IMG/VR virus record: IMGVR_UViG_3300028797_000128
Span: 1-64,000 of that record
Length of the DNA: 64,000 bases
Direction: 5' to 3' (one strand)
From: a virus
Lineage: Duplodnaviria > Caudoviricetes
Shown: positions 1 through 8,697 of the stretch, piece by piece
Layout: each line of letters begins with the position of its first letter
Numbering within the stretch: the stretch's first letter is position 1
Notes under the pieces: generated by a model
Databases searched by the model: none
Seen by the model: the letters and a program-made list of their open reading frames with translations, nothing else
What the model was told of the DNA's origin: nothing
Position numbers and translations under genes: made by a program

Positions 1-127
1 TTGGGTTCTCGCTGCCCACCTTGCATTGTAGTGAGTGAAGGAGAAATACCCCCCCACTGTAACAACGCTTGATAACATCCATGCCTTTAATCGGCAGATT
101 TGCTATCACTTTTATCTCGTTCTTCAT
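1..127 (-). CDS. C5-MTase TRD minigene I (G7 at 49-55, out of frame; runs off window)
   Basis: RBS AAGGAG, ATG 127, MKNEIKVIANLPIKGMDVIKRCYSGG; adding one G gives GISPSLTTMQGGQREP (TRD-like). Confidence 0.75.
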   Translation of the reverse strand, partial: MKNEIKVIANLPIKGMDVIKRCYSGGVFLLHSLQCKVGSENP

Positions 128-277
128 GTTTGCTCCTTATAAGCACTTTTGGCTCAGTGTTGCCACCTCTGCCTATGCCGTTTAACGTTGGTGCTGCCCC
201 CCCGTAGAGAATACGCGTTTTCTTTGAACGTGCCATTGAGGGCAGTCAAGCTCAATAATCTGTTTCAACTGATTCAT
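87..277 (-). CDS. C5-MTase TRD minigene H (G7 at 197-203, out of frame)
   Basis: RBS AAAGGA, MNQLKQ...KRVFSTGG; stops at 182 with G7; G8 gives AAPTLNGIGRGGNTEPKVLI... Confidence 0.75.
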
Positions 278-453
278 TACTGATCCTTTCAAGATACATA
301 TAGCTATTGCCACCTGTGTTGCCTACCGGCTGAGATACTACACACATCGCAGGTTTGTGGCTGCTATAAATTCTGTTCCCTTGCCTATATTGTTTGCCAA
401 AGTTAATAGTTCCTACCCCCCCACCAACTCAGGCGGAGGAGCGAGAGGGGTTG
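252..453 (-). CDS. C5-MTase TRD module G (G7 at 416-422, out of frame; no clear own start)
   Basis: PPPELVGG* with G7; G8 gives VGTINFGKQYRQGNRIYSSHKPAMCVVSQPVGNTGGNSYMYL... Confidence 0.65.
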
Positions 454-711
454 CTAAAAAGAAAGCTGTCTATCTGCGTTTGCAGCACGCTCATCGTAGC
501 ACTCGTAAGTCTCATCTTCCTGCGCTTTATAAAGGTGTTCTGCTAACAGTTCAATGCAGTTTGTTACGATACTGTTACCAGCCTGTCGGTAGAGTTGAGT
601 ATCACTCATACCTACCGCCTTGCACTTTTCTACATCTTCATTGGTAAAACCCATAAGTCTCCAACACTCAGTAGGAGTAAGTTTGCGGATAGCCCAATCT
701 TTAACGTTCAT
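454..711 (-). CDS. C5 cytosine MTase C-terminal subunit (motifs IX-X)
   Basis: IRKLTPTECWRLMGF (IX) and YRQAGNSIV (X); own RBS GAAAGGA. Confidence 0.9.
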   Translation of the reverse strand: MNVKDWAIRKLTPTECWRLMGFTNEDVEKCKAVGMSDTQLYRQAGNSIVTNCIELLAEHLYKAQEDETYECYDERAANADRQLSF

Positions 712-935
712 ACTATCATTCCTTTCGATTCTGTATATGTTACAATTACCTGCGGTAAGAGTGGGACAGGTTTGCCCCCCCTCTGAACTCTGCCACGACG
801 CAGCTTTGAGTTTGGATAGGACAAGTCAGCCACTCCACCATTCTCACAAAGGATATAACCTTGTTTTGTCGCTTGTCTTACCCTTATATAATCTTTACTT
901 TCATCGGGAGATAAGAGATCGTACACATCACTCAT
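708..935 (-). CDS. C5-MTase TRD minigene F (G7 at 775-781; G8 fuses it to the C-terminal subunit)
   Basis: IRVRQATKQGY...DLSYPNSKLRRGRVQRGG; -1 frame continues QTCPTLTAGNCNIYRIERNDS-MNVKDWAIRKLTP. Confidence 0.8.
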   Translation of the reverse strand: MSDVYDLLSPDESKDYIRVRQATKQGYILCENGGVADLSYPNSKLRRGRVQRGGKPVPLLPQVIVTYTESKGMIV

Positions 936-1101
936 TTTTATCTTCCTTTCTGACTTTCTTTAGAAGCACCCCGGTTCTTGCTTTCTGTTGATTGCTAACT
1001 CCGTTGTCGTATCTTGTCAAAATACAACTTGCATACTGCATAGGGCAAGGTTTATTCACAGTCATGTCCACCCCCCCTATGGTTATGTATTTGTCTGACA
1101 T
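928..1101 (-). CDS. C5-MTase TRD minigene E (G7 at 1071-1077, in frame)
   Basis: RBS AAGGAG; 57 aa MSDKYITIGGVDMTVNKPCPMQYASCILTRYDNGVSNQQKARTGVLL... Confidence 0.75.
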   Translation of the reverse strand: MSDKYITIGGVDMTVNKPCPMQYASCILTRYDNGVSNQQKARTGVLLKKVRKEDKNE

Positions 1102-1263
1102 TTCTTAGTTCTCCTTATTACAACGTGAGGCTTATTGCCCCCCACCCATAGTAATAACGGTTGGTGCAAGATATGCAACACTGTAAATCGCACCTCGTCC
1201 ACTTGCAAACTGACCGCTATTATTTGGAGTTTGATACACCGTCCCAATTACTTTGCTTGTCAT
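1083..1263 (-). CDS. C5-MTase TRD minigene D (G6 at 1138-1143, out of frame)
   Basis: RBS AAGGAG; MTSKVIG...IYSVAYLAPTVITMGGGQ*; G5 or G8 gives GNKPHVVIRR. Confidence 0.75.
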
Positions 1264-1401
1264 CAGTTGTTCTCCTTATCAATATCCTTTTGGCATCTTT
1301 GTAATCTCTTGCGGACAAGGTACATATACCCCCCCTACGGAATACAAACGCCCTTGTTGTTCATACATATTTGGCATCGTCATTAATATTTTTACTTTCA
1401 T
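1220..1401 (-). CDS. C5-MTase TRD minigene C (G7 at 1329-1335, out of frame)
   Basis: MKVKILMTMPNMYEQQGRLYSVGG; G8 gives GICTLSARDYKDAKRILI. Confidence 0.75.
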
Positions 1402-1539
1402 TTTTTACCAACACTTTCGGTGAATCTTTATAGTGAGTGGCTTTGAGAGTGCATAGCCCCCCCTGAGACTCCATACTTCTTGATTCTGATGTATCTTACC
1501 AGTAGATGAAACTACTCGACTCAACTGTTTTACTTCCAT
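1361..1539 (-). CDS. C5-MTase TRD minigene B (G7 at 1457-1463, out of frame)
   Basis: RBS AGGAG; MEVKQL...HQNQEVWSLRGG; G8 gives LCTLKATHYKDSPKVLV. Confidence 0.75.
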
Positions 1540-1646
1540 TGAACTACTCCTGTTGCACCAAATGTGCCTTTAGACTGTAAATTCTGAATAGCTGTTTTAG
1601 CATACTGCTGTTTAAGTGTGCGACAATATCCGTTCTGGTCATTCAT
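1530..1646 (-). CDS. C5-MTase TRD minigene A (38 aa, intact)
   Basis: MNDQNGYCRTLKQQYAKTAIQNLQSKGTFGATGVVQWK; overlaps the end of the N-subunit; preceded by G5 at 1655-1659. Confidence 0.65.
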   Translation of the reverse strand: MNDQNGYCRTLKQQYAKTAIQNLQSKGTFGATGVVQWK

Positions 1647-2607
1647 CGGAACTGCCCCCTATAGTGACATCGTTAGATGTATAGATAGGCTGATTGCAAA
1701 TAATGCCGTAATTAGGGAAGTCATTGCGTGTCTCATACAGCTCATTCCATAGTTCTTCTTCCTCTGAGAGTGTGCCGTTATTAGCCATCTCATCAAGTGC
1801 CTTGCCAGCAGCATCAGATGTGAGAATATACTTCTCATTCACATCAAAGTCAAGAACATGGAATAAACGTATGCCCGTATCAAATGCCTGTGGAAACTCA
1901 AACTTACCAGTGTCTACATCCTTGCGTATACTTACAGCAAATACGCGTTCCCGGTTCTGAGGTATGCCACAATCCTTTGCATTGACTATCTGCCAATAAG
2001 TGTTATAACCAATCTCACTGAGATAATCGCACCACTCATTAAACTGTGGCTTAAATCTCTGTGATACAAGATTCTTTACATTTTCAAGAAGTAAGAACTT
2101 CGGCAGAGTGTCTGTCTCTTTAGCCTTTGCGAGTAGGCGTTCTACTTCATAAAGCAAACCGCTTCGTGTCTTACCACGTTCAATGCCCTGAATCTGACCG
2201 GCGATGCTGATGTCGGTGCATGGGAACGAGTATGTTACAAAGTCTGCATAAGGCAATTCTTCTATCTTTGATATGTCTCCCATATTCTTAGAAAGAACTG
2301 ATGCCAGATAATACTTCTTTAAGTCTGCACTGTTGCGTTTCTTCTGCCAGTCATAAGCCTTGTTCTTCTCAAAGACATAGCCAATGTTACGACTTTCAAG
2401 GTACTCCACCATTTCATCTACGGGCGGATAATCATAGTTCTCAATAAGTTCTGGTGTAAGTCCACAGTGAACGGCAGCGTAGCTCACGATTGCATCTTTG
2501 TCAATCTCTGATGTTGCTATTACCTCAGTGTCAAATAAACCAGAGTTTTTAAATCCTCTGATCTGAGCACCTATGCCAGAAAATAATTCAATCATTGTCA
2601 ACTTCAA
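1639..2607 (-). CDS. C5 cytosine MTase N-terminal catalytic subunit (motifs I-VIII)
   Basis: ELFSGIG (I), SFPC (IV), ENV (VI), QNRERVF (VIII); lacks motifs IX/X. Confidence 0.92.
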   Translation of the reverse strand: MKLTMIELFSGIGAQIRGFKNSGLFDTEVIATSEIDKDAIVSYAAVHCGLTPELIENYDYPPVDEMVEYLESRNIGYVFEKNKAYDWQKKRNSADLKKYYLASVLSKNMGDISKIEELPYADFVTYSFPCTDISIAGQIQGIERGKTRSGLLYEVERLLAKAKETDTLPKFLLLENVKNLVSQRFKPQFNEWCDYLSEIGYNTYWQIVNAKDCGIPQNRERVFAVSIRKDVDTGKFEFPQAFDTGIRLFHVLDFDVNEKYILTSDAAGKALDEMANNGTLSEEEELWNELYETRNDFPNYGIICNQPIYTSNDVTIGGSSDE

Positions 2608-2663
2608 TTAAATTCCTCCTTGTTTCTAATTTGTTACTTTGTCAACCCAATAAAAGTAAAGTT

Positions 2664-2861
2664 TTATTCTTTATCGTATATTTGTTTAAATACCTGTAGC
2701 ACTTGCTCATCATTCAATTTCGTACATTGCACCTTGAATCCGTTTTTATTGATGCTAAATGGACATGAGTCACATTCTTGCCCGTCGCAAAATGACTGGT
2801 AGAAACTACCACTTAACCAATACAAAAAATCTTTGCTCACAAAATTTGTTGCATCTACCAT
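2664..2861 (-). CDS. hypothetical protein
   Basis: ORF with RBS; stop lies inside palindromic junction site. Confidence 0.65.
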   Translation of the reverse strand: MVDATNFVSKDFLYWLSGSFYQSFCDGQECDSCPFSINKNGFKVQCTKLNDEQVLQVFKQIYDKE

Positions 2862-2890
2862 TTATTTCACCTCTTTGGATAAAAGATTTA

Positions 2891-4174
2891 TTTTATTGCC
2901 GTTTCACCCACGTAGAATAGGCAAAAACTGGCTCTTTTTTTTAGAATAATTCGCAACCTTGAGCTTTGAAACCATCAATTGCTTCGTCCCATTGCTCGTC
3001 TGTCATCTCCATGATGTTCTGAAAGCACCCACGGCAAAGCAAAGTCTTTACATCTCTGCCAAAGTATTTGAGATTCATGGCTACGTCATCACCCGTGAAC
3101 TCAGTACAACCGCAGACGCATTGTTTCTTCTCTTTGTACTTGCGGTTCATCATCTTCTGAAACTCGTGATACTTGTTGGTGTATTCGTAAACTTCGCCCC
3201 ACATATTCTCTATGGCTTTGCTAAGTTTGGATTCATACTGTTTAAGAACATCTCTCTCAAAAACATAATCTTTTGCATATGGGCAACCACAACAACCAGT
3301 TCTTTTAAGTCCGTATTCTACATAACACTTACTATGAACCACATTAAATTCGTTACAATACTCCTGCCGATCTGCGTCGATGAATAATAAAATAGGAAGA
3401 AAATAATTAACCTTATGTTGTTTATTGAAATAAACCTGTTCTTTGTACACCGTTCTTCTTTCTCCGCCTTCAGCTTTTCTTACACCCATAATCATCAAAT
3501 CCGTTGGGAACTTTTTCATATAAACATCGGAAGTGTTTTTCTTAGCTCCTAAACAACACTTGTCTGATATTTTAAAGGGTGGCGGATTCTTCATTAAGAA
3601 CTCTTTTAGCCATGAATTACGGTTGATATTAAAGTGACTTCCTTCGCCCTTGCCATTAGTCCACCACAGCAAACCACACTTACAATTTGGGTACTTAGCA
3701 TAAAGATTTTCAAATGTATCATCTTCCCATTGAAAGCCATTAGACTGTAAACGCCATATCATATTGCTCACATTCTTACTAAGGAATGGAACGCCATACT
3801 TCTTATTACCTAAAGGAACAGGCACTTTTGCTTTCTCTCTGTGTATCTTAATGCCGTACTTCTGCTCAAGCCACTTGAGATGCTCCTTAGTTGCCTGATA
3901 CTCAATACCTGTATCAAAGAACACATAGCTCACAAAATGTGGCTCTGCCCTCTCGCACAGGTCAATTAGTATATCGCTATCCGCCCCGCCAGAGACAGAA
4001 CAGCAGACGTTCTTGCCCCCCCTACGAGCGTCGCCAAGAACTTGTTTTGTAAGGTCTATGGCTTGCTGTATTCTTTCGTTCATTTATTGTCCTCCTATTT
4101 CTAATTTGTTTCTTTGTGAGCCTAAAATAAAAGCCCGTAAATGCCTATTCTACGTTGCTAAATTGGCAATAAAA
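2891..4174. repeat. 33-bp imperfect inverted repeats flanking the PAPS-reductase-like gene
   Basis: 2891-2923 vs reverse complement of 4142-4174, 28/33 identical; related copy at 13312-13354. Confidence 0.8.
2941..4083 (-). CDS. PAPS reductase / adenine-nucleotide alpha-hydrolase family protein with C-terminal Zn finger
   Basis: SVSGGADS PP-loop, FDTG, GVRKAE, RTGCCGCP; in-frame G7 at 4016-4022. Confidence 0.8.
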   Translation of the reverse strand: MNERIQQAIDLTKQVLGDARRGGKNVCCSVSGGADSDILIDLCERAEPHFVSYVFFDTGIEYQATKEHLKWLEQKYGIKIHREKAKVPVPLGNKKYGVPFLSKNVSNMIWRLQSNGFQWEDDTFENLYAKYPNCKCGLLWWTNGKGEGSHFNINRNSWLKEFLMKNPPPFKISDKCCLGAKKNTSDVYMKKFPTDLMIMGVRKAEGGERRTVYKEQVYFNKQHKVNYFLPILLFIDADRQEYCNEFNVVHSKCYVEYGLKRTGCCGCPYAKDYVFERDVLKQYESKLSKAIENMWGEVYEYTNKYHEFQKMMNRKYKEKKQCVCGCTEFTGDDVAMNLKYFGRDVKTLLCRGCFQNIMEMTDEQWDEAIDGFKAQGCELF

Positions 4175-4182
4175 TCAAACTT

Positions 4183-4440
4183 TCATTCTTGCTTGCTCTT
4201 GTCAATCGCTTTATGCACTTCTTTATTCTTCCTCCATTCTCTGTACGACAACAGATTTAAGAACAAATATGTAGCGTTCATAACTATCAGTGGGATATTG
4301 AGGGAGTCTACAATTGACTCCCATATCCATAACAGGTTGCCTATAATCCAAATCAAAAATGCAATTCGTTTCTTAAAGGCAATTAACACGTTACCGAGTA
4401 TGCTAAAGAACGCTGCCAGTGCTGACAGTATGAGTATCAC
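4183..4440 (-). CDS. small membrane protein, PnuC-like
   Basis: three hydrophobic segments, LIWIIGNLLW. Confidence 0.5.
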   Translation of the reverse strand: MILILSALAAFFSILGNVLIAFKKRIAFLIWIIGNLLWIWESIVDSLNIPLIVMNATYLFLNLLSYREWRKNKEVHKAIDKSKQE

Positions 4441-5305
4441 TTCTGCTCACCCATCATTTCCTTTGCCATCTTTTGAGCCTGTTCTTCAAAAGCAATTTCC
4501 TTTGCTCTCTTGCGGAGAAGATAACGCTCTCGCCTTGCCTTCTTGCACTCAACGTGCCAAGATTCGTGCTCCTGTTTTTCTTCTACTGTATCAAAGACCT
4601 TGCCACAGTAGGTGCAAGTCCTGTCTGCAATGTCACGATGTTTCTTTTCTTTAACAGCTTTGGCGTACACCTTATAAAAATCATTTCCGCAAGTTGCGTT
4701 TGCAAAAGCTTCAAGAACGCCCTGTCTTTCATCATAATCTGTCTTATCGCAAGTAGCTGTGCCCTTCATAATACAACCATATTTATCAATATAGGATACA
4801 TTGTTGTCATAGTAGGGATTGTGCCGTTGCAACTCTTATCTACTCTCGTTCCTTCTGTTACATAAAATGTAAATTTCAAATTCTTCTCCTCCTTTGGAAA
4901 TGCATTTGTAAATTTAAGAATTTCTCGCCTAACGCGCTCTACCATTTCTTTTGTTTCTGTTGCTGTCGGTAATGCGATTTTATCAATCCATGCAACATTA
5001 AATTCTTTCTTAATTAACTCAGTTGTCGGCAAATCGTGAATACTTACACCCTTTGGCAAACCAAGTTGTTCTTCAATCGACACAGGTTTTTCGGGTTCTG
5101 GCATCCAAAATAATGGTGCTCCATTTGGAGCATATGCAATCTTGCCACCGTCTGCGTCCACTGGTTCAAGTTCATAGTCAAAAAAGACATAAGGCAAATC
5201 AGAAAGTTCTATATGCCCACAAGACTCTATGTGACTTATGGTGTATATATTCCCTGCCAACGAGCCTTTTCTAATTTTTACCTTGTCTCCAACTTTATAC
5301 TCCAC
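4437..5305 (-). pseudogene. hypothetical phage gene apparently frameshifted near 4800
   Basis: overlapping ORFs 4766-5305 and 4437-4832 join if one base is added near 4800. Confidence 0.5.
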
Positions 5306-5403
5306 TTAATAAATCACTCCTTTTATTATTAATTTGTTCCCTTGTTAGAGTATAGCAATGGAAAGACACAGTTTAAATCTGTATCTCTCCTTGCTACGAT
5401 TAC

Positions 5404-5432
5404 ATTATATCACTAATTACTTTATTTGTCAA
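5404..5432 (-). promoter_or_regulatory. sigmaA promoter, conserved phage class
   Basis: TTGACA-17-TATAAT with ATTAGTG spacer. Confidence 0.8.
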
Positions 5433-5451
5433 GAGATTTTTGAAAATTTTT

Positions 5452-8400
5452 TCAGATTTTTTTATACTCCATGAGATACCAGTACCGTCTGCCTTGATAG
5501 TCCTTTGGCGAAACGCTGTCTGCATAGAAGATGTCGCCTTTTTGGAGCTTGCATTTATCGTATCTTGCCTTGTAGATTGTCAAGTCGCTGTCTTTACCTT
5601 TGCCGAGGAACGTCACTGAGACTTTGTATGCCCACGTTTTATTGTCGGCTTTGCGCTTGCAGGGGTAGACTGCTCTGACATAGCCAATGCGACGATCTTC
5701 TTCACGACCTGTTGCCTGTACATAGGACAAATGGTCGAGTTGTGCTGCAATCTTTTCTTTTTGAGGAATATCTTCATCAGGAATTGACTTGATATACGCT
5801 TGCAATAAAGGCTCAATGTCATCAAAACAATACTGAGAAGCTGTTTCCTTTGGGCAAAACTGATTCAACAGTTCAATGTTAAAAGGCTCTATACTTGTTT
5901 TCTTAATAGACTTCCTACCATTCCAATTCCTATATAGATTATAGATAGCCAGTAGTTTTGCCGACTTGCCAAACTCTGTGAAGTAGTCAAGTCTTATTAA
6001 TGCTTCATAAGTCGTCTTGTCTAATGGAATAGTTTTAATAACATCTAAGAACGTGTCAAATTTTATATCTTTATACTCAAACAAAATATCAGAAGCATTT
6101 TTGCTAATGCCTTTAATAGAGTACAAGCACATAGTAATCTCTTTAGTGTTATCATTTACATTAATGTTTCTATTATCTTGCCTAAATCGGAATGGAAGTT
6201 TTGTGTAGCCAAACTGTGTTGTAGCTTCAGTTATAAGTGCCGTTATTTTATCTTTGTTTTCTTTACGTTGATAATGATTGATAGCTACTTCATAGAACTT
6301 TGAAGTATGATGCGCTTTAAACCATGCTTGATACAAACTATCTCCGCAAGTGCTGAGAGCATGAGGAGAGTTAAAAGAATACAGTGCCGCATCATTGATA
6401 ACATCCCATACCTTTTGGAAGTTATCTAAGTTGCCAAATATCTTCTTCCAGTTCTCTTTAAGCTGATTTTCAAGCTTTTCTTTTTTCTCGCCTTTAAGTT
6501 TCTTCTTTGAAATAGCTTTTATTACACCATAGGTTTCGCTCATTGGCAATCCTAAGAACGACAATACTTTCATAATCGACTCTTGGTATAACATAAAATG
6601 AGCTGTATCTTCGAGCAATTCATCTATTTTTGGTTCACCTGTACTATATGGTTTACGCTCTAAAAACGTTCTTAAAAGAGATTTAAAGCCGGGTCTTATT
6701 GCGGCTATAAAAGCGGATAGTTCTTGTATATTGGTTGCCTTATATTGCATCATGTTATGTCTTGTTCCATCTCTTTCAACCTGATTTACACAACAAGTAA
6801 TGCCTTTAGAATAAATGTCCCAAGTGGCTTGATCTCCCGTTACCATTTCTCTCAGTTCATCAAATGTAGGAACTTTTTTATTAATACTCTTAAACAATTC
6901 GTATGTCAGCGCAACAGTATCTACAATTAGGAAATCGTCCTTAACATAACCATAAGAATCAAGATAGCCACCTTGAACACACGCACATACTGTTCTCTTA
7001 TGTGTGCTTTCTGATATTGCGCTCATCAATCCGATTTCTTCTCGAATATCGCCATCAAACAATAAATGTCCACAAGCATGAACTTTGAAGTTTGAAATAA
7101 TGCCCTGATATTTTACGCTTTCGTTATATAATTGCAGATATTGCTTGGGGATAAATTCAGCAATATCTATATCATTAGCCTCATCTCCTGCTTCTTTACA
7201 GGCTTTAAGATAATTGTCAATAGCTTTAGACACTTCATTAGCTTCGGTGGGTTCAACATTGTTAATACGAGAATACATCTTCCATGCGTTCTTAGGCTTA
7301 TACTTTTCAATAGCCATCAAAGGATAACACCCATGCTCCCCCAACAATCTTTTGGCTGCTCTCACAAATGGTTCTTGTTCTGCCAAATTGTAATCGCAAT
7401 CAGGCATAGATCCTGAGAGTACACGATCTGCCGTTAAGAATCTGGGGTAATATACTGGGATTTCACAACTAAAACGGTCTATTGTAGTAAATTTAAGCAA
7501 TTTGTTTGTGTAAAATGAACCCATAGAACCTCTTGATGTAGTTGTGAGAACGCCGCCTTCTTCTTCAATTGCAGTTTTTAATAATCCGTGATTAAGCAAA
7601 AAATAATCAACGACTTTAGAATCTATAACTTCTTTAGCTTCTGCTCTTATTCCTTCTACTCTATCAGGAGAATGTATTTTTTCTTGCTTGTAGCCTTCAT
7701 TTAGCAAATCTTGATATATCTTCACTCTCTCGTCATAAGTTTTATCTCTATAAATGTTAGGAATCTTGAATGACCTATCAAGAATTATTTCTTCGCAACC
7801 ATTAACAAATACGTTAGTATTCATAATGGAGCGATATATTTCTTCTTCGCTTAGAGCACCCTGCTCTTTGAAACGTTCAATAATCACATCTGCCGTAGGG
7901 AAATCCATATACCAGCCTTCTTCATCTGGGTAAGTTATGCCCTTAGATTCAAGCAAAACGTCACGTTCCTTTGAACCAGTTGCATTAACATAGTGAGTGT
8001 CAAGTCCTGCAATAATTTGAAGATTGTGCTCTCTTGCTAAATCAAGAATATGTTTGTTGAGGGCTTTCTGCTTATCAGTGTTATGGTTCTGCACCTCTAA
8101 GAAAAAGTTATTGCCAAAGTGCTTTGCTATTTTGAGCCATATCTCGTCAGCATCATCATAGAGCCAACCTGCTACGCAAGCACTCGTCACTATAAAGTCA
8201 TCGGGACTTTCGTTGAGCAATAAGGGCAAGTCAATTCTTGCCCTCTTATAGAAGCCATCAATGTTTGCTATAGAGAGAATGTAATTTAATCTCTTTCTTC
8301 CTTTAGCGGTTTTAGCCACTATCATCATGTGACAGTTTGTACCGTCTTTCTTGCCATCAATCTCTATTAGTCTATCCTTTACCCAATAGGCTTCGCAGGA

Positions 8401-8697
8401 ATGGCGATATTTTAAGCCGACGTTTTGAGCTAAGTCATATGTGGCAATGTGATCTCCCTGCCAACCATGTTCTCCACTAAATAAGCATTTGGAGTTGACT
8501 TCCTTAATGCGGTCAACATAACGGGTATATGTCTCTGCGCTGTCGGCAAGAGCGTGATTGGACTCGCAGGTATGTTTATGGTAGTTCTCAAAGTACATAT
8601 GCTCGGCATAATCATCTATAGAATACGGAAACTCAAAGTTTAGAGTGGGTATTATTTGAGTAATAAGCTCTTTATTATACATTATATCACGCTCCAA
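5452..8697 (-). CDS. dnaE: DNA polymerase III alpha subunit (family C)
   Basis: PHP domain (YHKH), SRGS, MPDCD, VHACG, LYQE, YSFNSPHA. Confidence 0.93.
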   Translation of the reverse strand: MERDIMYNKELITQIIPTLNFEFPYSIDDYAEHMYFENYHKHTCESNHALADSAETYTRYVDRIKEVNSKCLFSGEHGWQGDHIATYDLAQNVGLKYRHSCEAYWVKDRLIEIDGKKDGTNCHMMIVAKTAKGRKRLNYILSIANIDGFYKRARIDLPLLLNESPDDFIVTSACVAGWLYDDADEIWLKIAKHFGNNFFLEVQNHNTDKQKALNKHILDLAREHNLQIIAGLDTHYVNATGSKERDVLLESKGITYPDEEGWYMDFPTADVIIERFKEQGALSEEEIYRSIMNTNVFVNGCEEIILDRSFKIPNIYRDKTYDERVKIYQDLLNEGYKQEKIHSPDRVEGIRAEAKEVIDSKVVDYFLLNHGLLKTAIEEEGGVLTTTSRGSMGSFYTNKLLKFTTIDRFSCEIPVYYPRFLTADRVLSGSMPDCDYNLAEQEPFVRAAKRLLGEHGCYPLMAIEKYKPKNAWKMYSRINNVEPTEANEVSKAIDNYLKACKEAGDEANDIDIAEFIPKQYLQLYNESVKYQGIISNFKVHACGHLLFDGDIREEIGLMSAISESTHKRTVCACVQGGYLDSYGYVKDDFLIVDTVALTYELFKSINKKVPTFDELREMVTGDQATWDIYSKGITCCVNQVERDGTRHNMMQYKATNIQELSAFIAAIRPGFKSLLRTFLERKPYSTGEPKIDELLEDTAHFMLYQESIMKVLSFLGLPMSETYGVIKAISKKKLKGEKKEKLENQLKENWKKIFGNLDNFQKVWDVINDAALYSFNSPHALSTCGDSLYQAWFKAHHTSKFYEVAINHYQRKENKDKITALITEATTQFGYTKLPFRFRQDNRNINVNDNTKEITMCLYSIKGISKNASDILFEYKDIKFDTFLDVIKTIPLDKTTYEALIRLDYFTEFGKSAKLLAIYNLYRNWNGRKSIKKTSIEPFNIELLNQFCPKETASQYCFDDIEPLLQAYIKSIPDEDIPQKEKIAAQLDHLSYVQATGREEDRRIGYVRAVYPCKRKADNKTWAYKVSVTFLGKGKDSDLTIYKARYDKCKLQKGDIFYADSVSPKDYQGRRYWYLMEYKKI

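Larger units (their letters stand above)
49..1463 (-). repeat. Eight G6/G7 homopolymer tracts, one per TRD module
   Basis: C7 on + strand at 49, 197, 416, 775, 1071, 1329, 1457; C6 at 1138. Confidence 0.95.

Noticed and set aside
357-1386. Plus-strand ORFs over the MTase region (357-647, 595-786, 620-991, 1135-1386)
   Set aside because: Antisense shadows of the minus-strand TRD modules; no motifs.
1-1660. Reading the MTase locus as a simple decayed pseudogene
   Set aside because: Breaks fall at G tracts, are all repaired at the same length, and most modules keep their own RBS and start; homopolymer sequencing error still needs a read check.
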